Assembly: GCA_023522315.1 (NCBI GenBank)
Contig: JAHCSU010000412.1
Location: 244 to 64,243, forward strand
From: Nostoc sp. CCCryo 231-06
Lineage (GTDB): Bacteria; Cyanobacteriota; Cyanobacteriia; Cyanobacteriales; Nostocaceae
Reading direction: 5' to 3'
DNA length: 64,000 nt
Part shown: in pieces, positions 40,249-49,829 of the stretch
Layout of the letters: each line of letters starts with the position of its first letter
Position numbering within the stretch: the stretch's first letter is position 1
Made by a program: the position numbers and the translations under genes
The notes under the pieces: model-generated
The model's input: the letters and a program-made list of their open reading frames with translations, nothing else
Database searches by the model: none
Told to the model about the DNA's origin: nothing

Positions 40249-41214
40249 TTACTTTCTACCAGTCAACTTATCTAAGAAATCCATTTTTACTGCAAAGTTA
40301 ATAACATCTTGACCTGTGCGAGGAATTGTAATCTCACCATTATTCAGGGCAACAATATACGGCAGACCATCAATTAAATCAATAATTGGCCCACCTGAAG
40401 CACCGGCTGCGGTGGCGCAATCATGATAGAAATGGTTTGACTCCTCACCAACAATGCTACAACCAGCTTCATAACTCGCTGTCCAGCCTTTGCCAGCAGT
40501 CAAGGATTCATAGCCTTCTTTGCTGGGGTCTGGGTAATCACTAGAGTAACCAACAAAGAAAAGTTGTTTTTGCTTCTGCTTAATCAAAGTGGAAGCAGGC
40601 ACAGATTGCCATCCTAAATAACCATATTTACGACCCAATGGCTGATTAATCCCGATCAATGCCCAGTCATTGCTTTGATTTTGGACGTTATCAAAGCCGC
40701 CATTCTTAAAGTCTGTACCATAAAGTACGTTTTTCGCAATATTTTGTACTGTAGCAATATCTTTAGGACTTTGGGACTTGCCATTAATAGCATTGGGTAT
40801 AAACCGAAGTTCTTTACTGAGTTGATGAGTCTCAGGGTCAATTACACAGTGGGCGTTTGTCAAAACTATATCACTAGCAACCAGTGTGCCTGTACAATAA
40901 TAGCTTTTAGCATCGGCTGCTGTGCCTTGCACTCGTCCGATAGTTGACCAAGGATAATTTCTACTCAACATGGGGATACGGTTATCTATACCTGTGGGGA
41001 TACCGCGATCGCCATCAAAAGGTTTGTCCGACTGTTTGAGATCATCAGGTTTGAAGGGTTTACCATCCCCTACCAAATTCAACTGTTCTGTATTTGGCGA
41101 TATCGGTGATTTTGTTTCTGCTTGGACTGATATCCAACCACCTAAAGCGGTAAAACCCACAATTCCGGCGAGAAAGAAAGCAAGCAGTTGTTTGTAAATA
41201 GACGGTTTACGCAT
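40249..41214 (-). CDS. Secreted trypsin-like (V8/glutamyl endopeptidase-like) serine protease
   Basis: Signal peptide; CTGTL, TNAHC (His), NDWAL (Asp), GASGGP (Ser). Confidence 0.85.
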   Translation of the reverse strand: MRKPSIYKQLLAFFLAGIVGFTALGGWISVQAETKSPISPNTEQLNLVGDGKPFKPDDLKQSDKPFDGDRGIPTGIDNRIPMLSRNYPWSTIGRVQGTAADAKSYYCTGTLVASDIVLTNAHCVIDPETHQLSKELRFIPNAINGKSQSPKDIATVQNIAKNVLYGTDFKNGGFDNVQNQSNDWALIGINQPLGRKYGYLGWQSVPASTLIKQKQKQLFFVGYSSDYPDPSKEGYESLTAGKGWTASYEAGCSIVGEESNHFYHDCATAAGASGGPIIDLIDGLPYIVALNNGEITIPRTGQDVINFAVKMDFLDKLTGRK

Positions 41215-41306
41215 TGATTTTACTCCTGAGTTAAAAGTGAAAATTTGAGATTAAGGATTTCCAAGAAATAATTGGATATTTTTTTATTTGGAAGTCCCCC
41301 TAGACC

Positions 41307-41496
41307 CACAGGTGTCAACTTAAGGGAAAATTTGCTTTGAGAAGAGGTTTTGCCCTCATCCCCTAACCCCTTCTCCCAAGTTGTGATAAGGGGAACTGGA
41401 GAATTTGCTCCCCTCTCCCAAAATTGGGAGAGGGGTTGGGGGTGAGGGTAACCAGCGCTTGCCAAACCTAGCTTCTACGTTAAGTTGACACCAATG
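41307..41496. mobile_element. 190-bp MITE with 9-bp target duplication
   Basis: TIR CA(CA/TT)GGTGTCAACTTAA; direct repeat CCCTAGACC at 41298-41306 and 41497-41505. Confidence 0.8.
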
Positions 41497-41554
41497 CCCT
41501 AGACCTCTTTCTTGGGAGGAGATAGGCTTTAAATTGCATTTTCTTCCAGTTCTC

Positions 41555-41765
41555 TCTCCTTTTAGGCTACGGTGTACACACAAGTCTTTTCGTTCACAAC
41601 ACAAAGACTTTCGTTCACAACACAAGTACTTTCGTTCACAACACAAGTCTTTTTTGAGCCAATGAGGGAATGAAACAGCTTTGCTTTTCAAGAGAGGTTG
41701 GGGGGATTAAAAGTCTGTGGAGCCACTCTAAAAGACTTGTGTGTACACGGTAGCCTAAAAGGAGA
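41555..41765. mobile_element. MITE with ~35-bp inverted ends and internal 21-bp tandem repeat
   Basis: TCTCCTTTTAGGCTACGGTGTACACACAAGTCTTT vs AAAGACTTGTGTGTACACGGTAGCCTAAAAGGAGA; about 3.4 copies of ACACAAG(T/A)nCTTTCGTTCACA. Confidence 0.75.
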
Positions 41766-41780
41766 AGGTCAATTAAGTAT

Positions 41781-44700
41781 TCACCGCCACTCACCTTGGA
41801 GGGTGAAAGCCGCCCAATAACGGGGATGTTTCCATTCTGGATTTTTCAAATCGTTTCCTTGAAAATCTTTCCCTTGCCACATTTGGCGTTGAGCGACATT
41901 AAGGGCGGCGGCAGGAGCTTTTTTTTGTTCCAATATTTGTTTGTAAAATCCAATCATTAACTCCTTGGTAGATTGATCGTTCACCTTCCACAGAGACACG
42001 GTGACTCTAGCTGCACCCGCATACATAAAGCCTCTTGTCAAGCCAACCAGCCCTTCACCTTGGACATCATCGCCTAGTCCACTTTCACAGGCACTTAGCA
42101 CTATCAACTCTGCTGGTAAGTCGAGGTTAAAAATATCATTGAGCCGCAGGAAGCCTCTGGTTTGGGGTTTACCTTGTTTATCCACCAGAGACAGCACTAT
42201 ACCTGATAAGGCTGGGTTCACAGGGTCGAAAATACCGTGAGTGGCGAACAGCAGCAGGCGATATTGGCTCAACTGTTTGCTAGTTGCAAAGTTGTAGTTG
42301 GCATCAAAATTAAAGGCGGAAAGTTTTTCACCAGGAGAATTCACCAAGCTAAGAATCGCCTCTCCTTCGTCTTTTGTACCTGGGAGTGGGTCTAATTTGT
42401 CTCGATTGATGTTTCTCAAAGACATTTCTAAAGCTGAACGGTCGAGGTTGTTTTCTACAGTTGAGGGTTTATCATTGTTCAACCGTGCATCATCAACACG
42501 AAACACAGGATTAGCGAGAACAGCTAGGGTTTTGGGTGCAATTTTGCGTCCTTTGAGTTTCTTTCTGTGAGTTGCGAGGCTAGATATTGAAGGGAGGTTG
42601 ACAATTTCATGATTCACAACTAGGGGTTGATATCCTGCGCTGGCTGGCGATTTTCTGGGTTCGTTTAAAGCCGCGAATGGCACTTGATGCAAAATCCCAT
42701 CAGCAACGATAACTAAACGTTTGTTCCCCAACTTCCCAGCTACAGGTGCGAGGATAATTTGACTAAGTGCGTCTGCGGCTTTATCTGTATTTGCAAAAGT
42801 TGGGGCGTTGTCTTCTGGGGTTCCTCCATCAATCAGTTTTTGCGTTAAGAGGCTATTAAATTTCTTTGCAGCTTTCGCTATCTTTTCTTGTCCGGGAAGT
42901 TCGTAGCTTTGTAGAGAATTAGGAGTGGCTACCCACAGATAACTGCGTTCTTCACCCAAGGAATATTGCAACATTACGGTATCTTGATCTAGTTGTTGTT
43001 GAATTTCTGACAATTCCAGTACGTCTTTTGGGTCAATTAATTCTGCACGTTCTGGGTTAGTCGCCCTGATTTTTTCAGAAATTGATTGCGATTCTTGGAT
43101 AATATTTGTAATTTCTTGTTTGGTTTTTGTGATCAGTTCGGTGGGTGGTTCCTTTCGACTGAATAAATCTGATAAAAACTTATCTTTGGCATTCAATCTA
43201 AAATTTAAACGGCGTTCTTCTGCTAATAGTTGCGGATCAACGTCTTTACCGAGATTGACATTACTTTCTTTTAACAGTTCGACTAATACCCTGGCGCGAG
43301 AACGTTCGCTAATGTGCAATGCTAATGCGTTGTATCCTTTTGATGGGTCTTTTTTGTGCAACTGCATCAGCAAGTCAATGTAGAACTTGTAATAATCTTG
43401 CACTGTGGCGAAGTAGAAAGTACGTAAATCATCGCTGTTGACTTTGTTGCGCGTATTCTCAATAATGTTTATGGCTGCTTCTATGTGCGTCTTGGCTTGG
43501 TTGAGATTTCTTCTGTCGCGCTCAATGATGGCAATCTTATAAAGTGGATGAGTTTGTTCGGATGTGTCGCCTATTTGCTGTCCTAGCTTTAATTCTTGGT
43601 TGTAAGCCTCTATCGCCTGCTGCGGCTGCTTCATAGAGATGTAAATCTTACCTCGGATTTTATAGAGGGTGGCTTGTGATGTTAAATCTCCTAGTTGCTG
43701 TGATAGCGACAAACTTTGTTTGCTAGCATCAAGGGCATTTTGATAATCTCCTGCACCTTCATAGGCGGTGCTTAAAAAAGCAAGGGCAGTCCTTTCAGCT
43801 TCTTTGAGATTTTTTTCCCGAGACAGTTCTAAAGCTTGTTTAGCCTTAGCAATAGCTTTGGGATATTCCTTTAATAACTCATAAATCTTGGAAGTAGAAG
43901 TAAGAATATAATTTTTTATCAAGTATCGTTCACCGGCATCCTTTAACGCATCCTCAAAATATTTCAATCCTTGACGGCAATCTTCTGCTTTTTTTTGAGA
44001 AAAGCACTTATCTAGATAAACACTGCCTATGCTAAAAAAACCAGTTACTATTAAACTCGGATTGCTTTGCTGATATATCTTCAAAACTTCCTTATACTTA
44101 TCAATGCTTAAGTCATAGGCTCCTAAATTTTGGTACACATTAGCTATCTCATTGAGAGTCCTTGCTTCTATACTAAGATTTTGCTGTCTTTTAGAAATTT
44201 CTAGTGCTTGGTTAAAGAGTATATCTAGGGCTTGTTGAAATTCTCTTGAATTTGTATGAATAGAGGCAATGCTTACAAGTGTTTCAACTTCTCCTTGAGA
44301 ATCATGAATGTCCCGTTGAAGCTTTAGGGCTTGATTGAGATTTTCAAGAGCTTTTTGTGTCTCACCTAATAGAGAGTACGTATTACCAATACTGGAAATA
44401 AAATTTGCTTCCCGATGGAAATTACCTAGCTGATGAGCGATAGTTCTTGCTTGATTTAAGTAGACAATCCGCTGCTGTATATCACCCAGATATAAGTAGC
44501 CAGTGGCAATTGAAGAGAGAATCCTCATTTGGCTATCAAAAAAATCTCTACGACCAAGTGGATTTTTTGGGTCTTGCTGTATTTGTCTTGCGATTGTCTT
44601 TAGTAACTCTAATCCCTGCTTAAAAGATTTCTCGGCTGAAGAGCGATCGCCTTTGAAACTGTAGACTGAACCTATATCTATAAATGTCTCTGCTTGTCCA

Positions 44701-45674
44701 AATAAATCTTTCGTTTGGCTGTAGATTTTCAGTACTTGCTGATAGGAATCAAGGGCTTTATTTGTTTCACCTAAACCTTGGTAGTTTCCAGCAATAACCC
44801 CAAGCGTCTTTGCTTGCCCTGGTAAATCATCATTTGCCTTTTGAATTGCCAAAGCTCTTTCTAAAAAGTCACGCTCTTTTTTCGGTTCGCCAAATACTTT
44901 ATAAAATACAGCAATGCTAAACAGTACATCAGCCTCTTTTTTGGGTTGTTTGTCAGCATGATATAGTGACTGTGCTTGGTTATAAGCATCAATCGCTTTT
45001 TGCTTTTCCCCTAAATCTCGATAAACAACACCAAGGGATGTTAATATTAAAGCTTTCAATTCACGAGCCTTTGATTCCTGCGATTCCTGCACAATAGCTA
45101 ATGCTTGCTCAAAATATCCCACAGCTTTTGTGTCTTCTCTTAGGGTGATGTAGATAGTACCAATGCTAGAAAGTGTAATAGCCTCGAGAAAAGGTGCTTC
45201 TTGAGGTTTTGCTGCACGCACTTCTGGTAATCTCCAGATTTTCAACGCTTCTTCGTATTTAGTAATTGCCTGTCGTACTGCTGCTGCTGATGGTTGATTC
45301 CGTAGTTGATGTCCTTCTTCTAACAGTTGGTTTGCTTTATCCCAAAGCGGCTTGATTTTAGCCTCGGCTTCACTTGGCGCAGGGTTTGTATTTTGTGGTT
45401 TTGCATCTGGCGACTGCGCTATTTTGACGTTAGCAGAGACTTTTTTCCCTATTTTTTCTGAAAACGAATCTGTATACCCTTGTTCTACCGCAGCATCAAT
45501 TGACTTTTGCGAGTCAGCTTGCATCTGTTGTGTTATCTGCAACCATCTACTTATCGATGTTGCACCTACGGCATCAGACAGAAAAAGCACACTCAGTAAC
45601 ACAGTTAAACTATAACGATAAACCTGAGAAAATGAGCAGCAAAAATTACACTCAAATTTAGCGTTATTCTTCAT
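41781..45674 (-). CDS. TPR-repeat + CHAT (caspase/HetF-like) domain protein
   Basis: Signal-like N-terminus; many TPRs; CHAT motifs LVIVADGILHQVPFAAL, ATHG (His), LSACESG (Cys), GLTRGFMYAGA, WAAFTLQGEW. Confidence 0.92.
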   Translation of the reverse strand: MKNNAKFECNFCCSFSQVYRYSLTVLLSVLFLSDAVGATSISRWLQITQQMQADSQKSIDAAVEQGYTDSFSEKIGKKVSANVKIAQSPDAKPQNTNPAPSEAEAKIKPLWDKANQLLEEGHQLRNQPSAAAVRQAITKYEEALKIWRLPEVRAAKPQEAPFLEAITLSSIGTIYITLREDTKAVGYFEQALAIVQESQESKARELKALILTSLGVVYRDLGEKQKAIDAYNQAQSLYHADKQPKKEADVLFSIAVFYKVFGEPKKERDFLERALAIQKANDDLPGQAKTLGVIAGNYQGLGETNKALDSYQQVLKIYSQTKDLFGQAETFIDIGSVYSFKGDRSSAEKSFKQGLELLKTIARQIQQDPKNPLGRRDFFDSQMRILSSIATGYLYLGDIQQRIVYLNQARTIAHQLGNFHREANFISSIGNTYSLLGETQKALENLNQALKLQRDIHDSQGEVETLVSIASIHTNSREFQQALDILFNQALEISKRQQNLSIEARTLNEIANVYQNLGAYDLSIDKYKEVLKIYQQSNPSLIVTGFFSIGSVYLDKCFSQKKAEDCRQGLKYFEDALKDAGERYLIKNYILTSTSKIYELLKEYPKAIAKAKQALELSREKNLKEAERTALAFLSTAYEGAGDYQNALDASKQSLSLSQQLGDLTSQATLYKIRGKIYISMKQPQQAIEAYNQELKLGQQIGDTSEQTHPLYKIAIIERDRRNLNQAKTHIEAAINIIENTRNKVNSDDLRTFYFATVQDYYKFYIDLLMQLHKKDPSKGYNALALHISERSRARVLVELLKESNVNLGKDVDPQLLAEERRLNFRLNAKDKFLSDLFSRKEPPTELITKTKQEITNIIQESQSISEKIRATNPERAELIDPKDVLELSEIQQQLDQDTVMLQYSLGEERSYLWVATPNSLQSYELPGQEKIAKAAKKFNSLLTQKLIDGGTPEDNAPTFANTDKAADALSQIILAPVAGKLGNKRLVIVADGILHQVPFAALNEPRKSPASAGYQPLVVNHEIVNLPSISSLATHRKKLKGRKIAPKTLAVLANPVFRVDDARLNNDKPSTVENNLDRSALEMSLRNINRDKLDPLPGTKDEGEAILSLVNSPGEKLSAFNFDANYNFATSKQLSQYRLLLFATHGIFDPVNPALSGIVLSLVDKQGKPQTRGFLRLNDIFNLDLPAELIVLSACESGLGDDVQGEGLVGLTRGFMYAGAARVTVSLWKVNDQSTKELMIGFYKQILEQKKAPAAALNVAQRQMWQGKDFQGNDLKNPEWKHPRYWAAFTLQGEWR

Positions 45675-45875
45675 GCTGAAGCCTCAATAACCTTTCAGAT
45701 ATTTGGGTTTAGATATTTATGCTTGAATTCTTTAAGGAATCTTTCTGTGATTCCAATGTTGAGTTTATAACGTTCATTCACCTGAACTAACATTGTTACC
45801 AAAATAGATACAAAATTTTGTCAAATCTTCCAGATTCCTGGTTTTGGCCTTATCTAGCTAGGTTTTATCTAGAAT

Positions 45876-46067
45876 CGTAGGTTGGGTTGAACGAACGCGA
45901 ACAGCGTCCCATAGGGAAGTGAAACCCAACAAACCGAGAAAAAAGTTGGGTTTCGTTCCTCAAACGCCACTTGCTACCCTTCTCCTAATGGAGACGCTGC
46001 GCGAACGGGAACGCCAAGGGCGGGCGAACAAGTCGGTAAACCGCAAGGAGTGGCTCCTCAACCTACG
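45876..46067. repeat. Nested composite repeat element
   Basis: Outer CGTAGGTTGGGTTG...CAACCTACG with several SDR-like inserts. Confidence 0.65.
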
Positions 46068-46114
46068 CAGGTTAAGGTTTTTGGCTGAGGGTCAAGTGAG
46101 TAATACTAAGTAAT

Positions 46115-46774
46115 TTGCTAAACTCTAAATCATCATCAGGAGTAAGTGTGATGTTTCAAGCCTTACCAAAAATAATCACTTTTGAAGAATTCCTCAATTG
46201 GAAACCAGATGGCGGATGCTATGAACTACACGACGGAGCAATTGTTGAAATGCAGCCAGTAGGAGATCATGAAGAGATTAATGGTTTTTTAGCTAAAAAA
46301 CTAAACGTAGAATTTGAACGGCTGAGTCTCCCCTACCTTATACCCAAGCAAGCATTGGTCAAAGTTCCTGACAAAGAGTCTGGTTATTCGCCTGATGTGA
46401 TAGTGATAAATCAAAAGAATCTTTCATCAGAACCGATGTGGAAAAAGTCTTCAACGGTTACTCAAGCTGCGTCGGTTCCCTTAGTTATTGAAGTTGTCAG
46501 CACTAATTGGAAAGATGATTATGCACACAAACTGGTTGACTACGAAACTTTTGGCGTTCCTGAATACTGGATTACTGACTATTTAGCTTTGGGCGGTAGA
46601 AGGTACATAGGTAATCCCAAACAACCTACTATTTCCATTTACTATTTGGTAGATGGTGAGTATCAAGTTAACCTGTTTCGGGGAAATGATCGCATCATAT
46701 CCCCTACATTCCCAGAATTAAACTTGACATCTGAACAGATTTTCCAAGCTGGGCGTTCAGAATATCAATTATGA
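46115..46774 (+). CDS. Uma2 family endonuclease
   Basis: YELHDGAIVEM, YSPDVIV, LVIEVVSTNWKDDY, GVPEYWITDY. True start probably the GTG/ATG near 46148-46151. Confidence 0.85.
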   Translation: MLNSKSSSGVSVMFQALPKIITFEEFLNWKPDGGCYELHDGAIVEMQPVGDHEEINGFLAKKLNVEFERLSLPYLIPKQALVKVPDKESGYSPDVIVINQKNLSSEPMWKKSSTVTQAASVPLVIEVVSTNWKDDYAHKLVDYETFGVPEYWITDYLALGGRRYIGNPKQPTISIYYLVDGEYQVNLFRGNDRIISPTFPELNLTSEQIFQAGRSEYQL

Positions 46775-49095
46775 CCGCAGTGCAGATACTCCCATAGGGC
46801 CACGAGTTACGCCCAATTGATTTTGCAGTTTCAACTCGCGCCAGAGTTGGGAACCTGTAATCTCGCCTTGCAATAATTGACTGTAGCGATGTATTGTTTT
46901 ACTCACTTGTTCTGGTGTTTCATTGACAAACTCGATGCGAAACTGACGTAATCCCAGTTTTATGAGACGCTGTACGGACTCGGCTCCGGTTTGAGCAGTG
47001 CCGTTAAATACAGTATTGCGGCAGCCTACATCTGCTTTGAGGACGTGTTCGCTACCAACGCGATCGCGCAATTTCACTTCCTGCTTTTCACAAGGTCGTC
47101 CACAGTTTGTATAGTCAGTACCCGTTGATAGAAAAGCACAAAAAACACAATGTTCCATGTGAAACATCGGTATATGTTGATGGATTGTTACCTCAAACCA
47201 TTGGGGTGGACAACTGGTTAGCAGGTCTTGTAGTTGGGTAATATTCAGGTCATAGGATGCCGTCAGCCTTTCTAAACCAAAGCGCTGTTGAAAGTAGTCT
47301 GCTGTGAGAGGATTGGCAACATTCAGCGAGAAATCTCCGATACAGCGATCGCTCCTAAAAAATTCTAGTTGATCATAGTTCCGCACTAGATAGCCATCTG
47401 CCTCACAAGCACGCACTTGCTGCAAAATCCAATTTTCTCCAGGTTTAGTAATTCGGGGAGGTGCTACCCAAATAGTAGGGAGTGGGGAGTGGGGACTTGT
47501 ACTGAGCGTTCGCGTAGCGTCTCGTAGAGAAGCCGAAGTAGTGGGGAGTAGGGATTGTTGTCTTTGTTGATGTACTAGCTGTACGGCTTCTCGGTAGGCG
47601 CGGGGGTCTTCAAATTCACAGTACAGCGTTTCAATACCAACTTGAAGGGCGGCTTGGAGTTGCTTGAGGTTTCGTACTAAGACTATGAGTGAAGGAGATG
47701 TGGCTTTAGCTTCCCGCAGGGTGGGAGATAAGGGGGATGAGGAGGGAAGTAAGTTTTGGAAAGAGACATCAGAACGTAATTGCCAACGTTTGGGTTGACT
47801 TCGCAATTCTTCCATCTGCGCGACAATTTCCCGCCGCATCCGGTTCAACTCACTTACGGGTAGCATAATCGCACCACTCAGGTGGTTGGTTAGCTTTCCC
47901 AAACAGAAAGGGGTGTTACCTAAACGACCGAACTGTTCTTGTAAACGGTCTGTATCTAAGGGTTTTGTGTGCGCCTCAACCAGTGAAATTGCAGATTCTA
48001 CTTGGACAATATTACCGAGTTGATCACGAGCGATCGCTATCAATGGCTGACCAACTTCTCCATAAATTTCTATATAAATGGGACGTTGAAATTGTGGGTT
48101 CTCGCCAGCAAAACTCTGCCGCAGTTGCTTATCGAGTTCTGGATCGCTGGTTTTCCAAATGCGATCGCCTATATGCACTCGGCGCAGGTTCAAGTCATTT
48201 CGACCAAAGGTCAGCATTGCTTCTTTACCTTTGGACACCACAGCATAAACCCGGCCGCCTTCTTCCTTCGCTTCTGGATGACCGCAGTCAAATACAATTC
48301 CATCCCCTGGTTTTACAGGCGCTTCCAGTTTGATTGTTATCTGTTCGTTGTGAATGCGGGTGACTTCACCCAGGTAAACGCCGCGTTTTTTACCAAAGCG
48401 GGCGTGAACCAGTTCTTGATTATTAATCCCGCCAAACCAGCCCGTGTAGAGTCCGCGAGAAAATGCCATTTCTAAGTTGTAGTGTTCTTGATCTGATTTA
48501 CCTCTCCCCCAACCCCTCTCCGAAACGGAGAGGGGAGCCTTTATTCCCCCTTCCCTATGAGGGAAGGGGGTTAGGGGGTTAGGTCTTTCCAATTCCGTCA
48601 TCACCCCATCTAGGGCTTGCCGATAAACACGGGTGACATTAGCAACATACTCTGGAGCTTTCAGGCGACCTTCAATCTTGAGACAAGTTACTCCTGATTT
48701 CACCAAATCGGGCAAAACATCTAACCCTGCTAAGTCTTGAGGACTGAGTAAATATTTGCGTTCTTTTAAATTCACAATTTCCCCATCAGCGATTAACTCG
48801 TAGGGCATCCGGCAAGCTTGGGCACATTCGCCTCTGTTGGCAGAACGTCCACCTAAAGCCTCGCTAGTCAAACACTGACCGGAATACGCTACGCACAAAG
48901 CACCGTGAACAAAGACTTCCAAAGGCAGTGAAGCTTCTTGTAAGGCAATCTGCTGCTGTATTTTATTGATTTCCTGAAGAGAACATTCACGCGCCAGCAC
49001 GACTAATTGACAGCCGAGGGATTTGGCAAATTCCACCCCAGCCGCACTGGTGATAGTCATTTGGGTTGAAGCATGAATGGGAAAATCGGGTGAGA
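46769..49095 (-). pseudogene. U32 family (RlhA-like, DUF3656) protein lacking its N-terminus
   Basis: Homology starts abruptly at SPDFPIHASTQMT; retains HGALCVAYSGQC, RGECAQACR, KIEGRLK. The usual N-terminal ELLAPAG segment is not in the window. Confidence 0.7.
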
Positions 49096-49829
49096 ATACT
49101 CTCTACAACCTGCTCAAGAAAATTAACTGTATCACCAACCAGTGATTCGTCGATATACCAGCGATTACCTATGTTGAGGGTAGGATCTATATCTGCTTCA
49201 TGAGCAATTTTATTTCTACGATCCACAATTAAGGTAAGTTGTTGCTTAATATCTTTAGAAGGCTTACTCATTTTAGTAGCAACTTCATCCCACAATTTTT
49301 TATCCGAAATTTGCCTAATTGCATCAGCTATTTTGTCAGGTTGCTGAAAGCTTTGATAACTTAGACGTTCTCGGATCTCGTCTTCTAACCATGAAGTATT
49401 ATTTAATCTGTTCAAAATACTATTTGATATAGCTGGAATTAAACCAGAAATAGTATGAGACTGCTGTAAAAAGTTAGCTCCATAAACCTGCTGTATGTCA
49501 CTCTCTATCCAAGAAGCGATATCTATGGCTATTCTTCTATCCTCACGAGCGCTTCCCAACGAAACTTGAAAACGGGAAAAGGCTGATTGAGTTGTATTAG
49601 CTGAAGATACTGGTTCAGCACGTTGTCCTCGATGAATTTCCAGCATACCCAATGTGACAACCTCATGGATATAATAATCCAAGGCACTAACAGTTAGAAC
49701 TAGGGCAGCTCGTAAAATGTCTGAAAGATCCAGAGCAGCAGTAGCTTGAGCCTTAACGGAAGTATGAAGAGCAATCAGATCCCGAACACGCTGAATACTA
49801 ATGCGAAATTGGTCAAGCACTGACTGCAT
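48987..49829 (-). CDS. HEPN-domain protein (RiboL-PSP-HEPN / MAE_18760-like), C-terminus extended by fusion
   Basis: DILRAALVLTVSALDYYIHE, SFQQPDKIADA, RRNKIAHE (RxxxxH); start ATG 49829 overlaps the ParA-like stop. Confidence 0.75.
   Translation of the reverse strand: MQSVLDQFRISIQRVRDLIALHTSVKAQATAALDLSDILRAALVLTVSALDYYIHEVVTLGMLEIHRGQRAEPVSSANTTQSAFSRFQVSLGSAREDRRIAIDIASWIESDIQQVYGANFLQQSHTISGLIPAISNSILNRLNNTSWLEDEIRERLSYQSFQQPDKIADAIRQISDKKLWDEVATKMSKPSKDIKQQLTLIVDRRNKIAHEADIDPTLNIGNRWYIDESLVGDTVNFLEQVVESILTRFSHSCFNPNDYHQCGWGGICQIPRLSISRAGA

Noticed and set aside
41578-41650. Possible mini-CRISPR array
   Set aside because: 21-bp units are directly tandem with no unique spacers, lie inside a MITE, and no cas genes are present.
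41220-41691. ORFs 41220-41465 and 41356-41691
   Set aside because: They are translations of MITE and tandem-repeat DNA (CCERK repeats), not credible genes.
45919-46113. 64-aa ORF upstream of the Uma2 gene
   Set aside because: Lies almost entirely within the nested repeat element.
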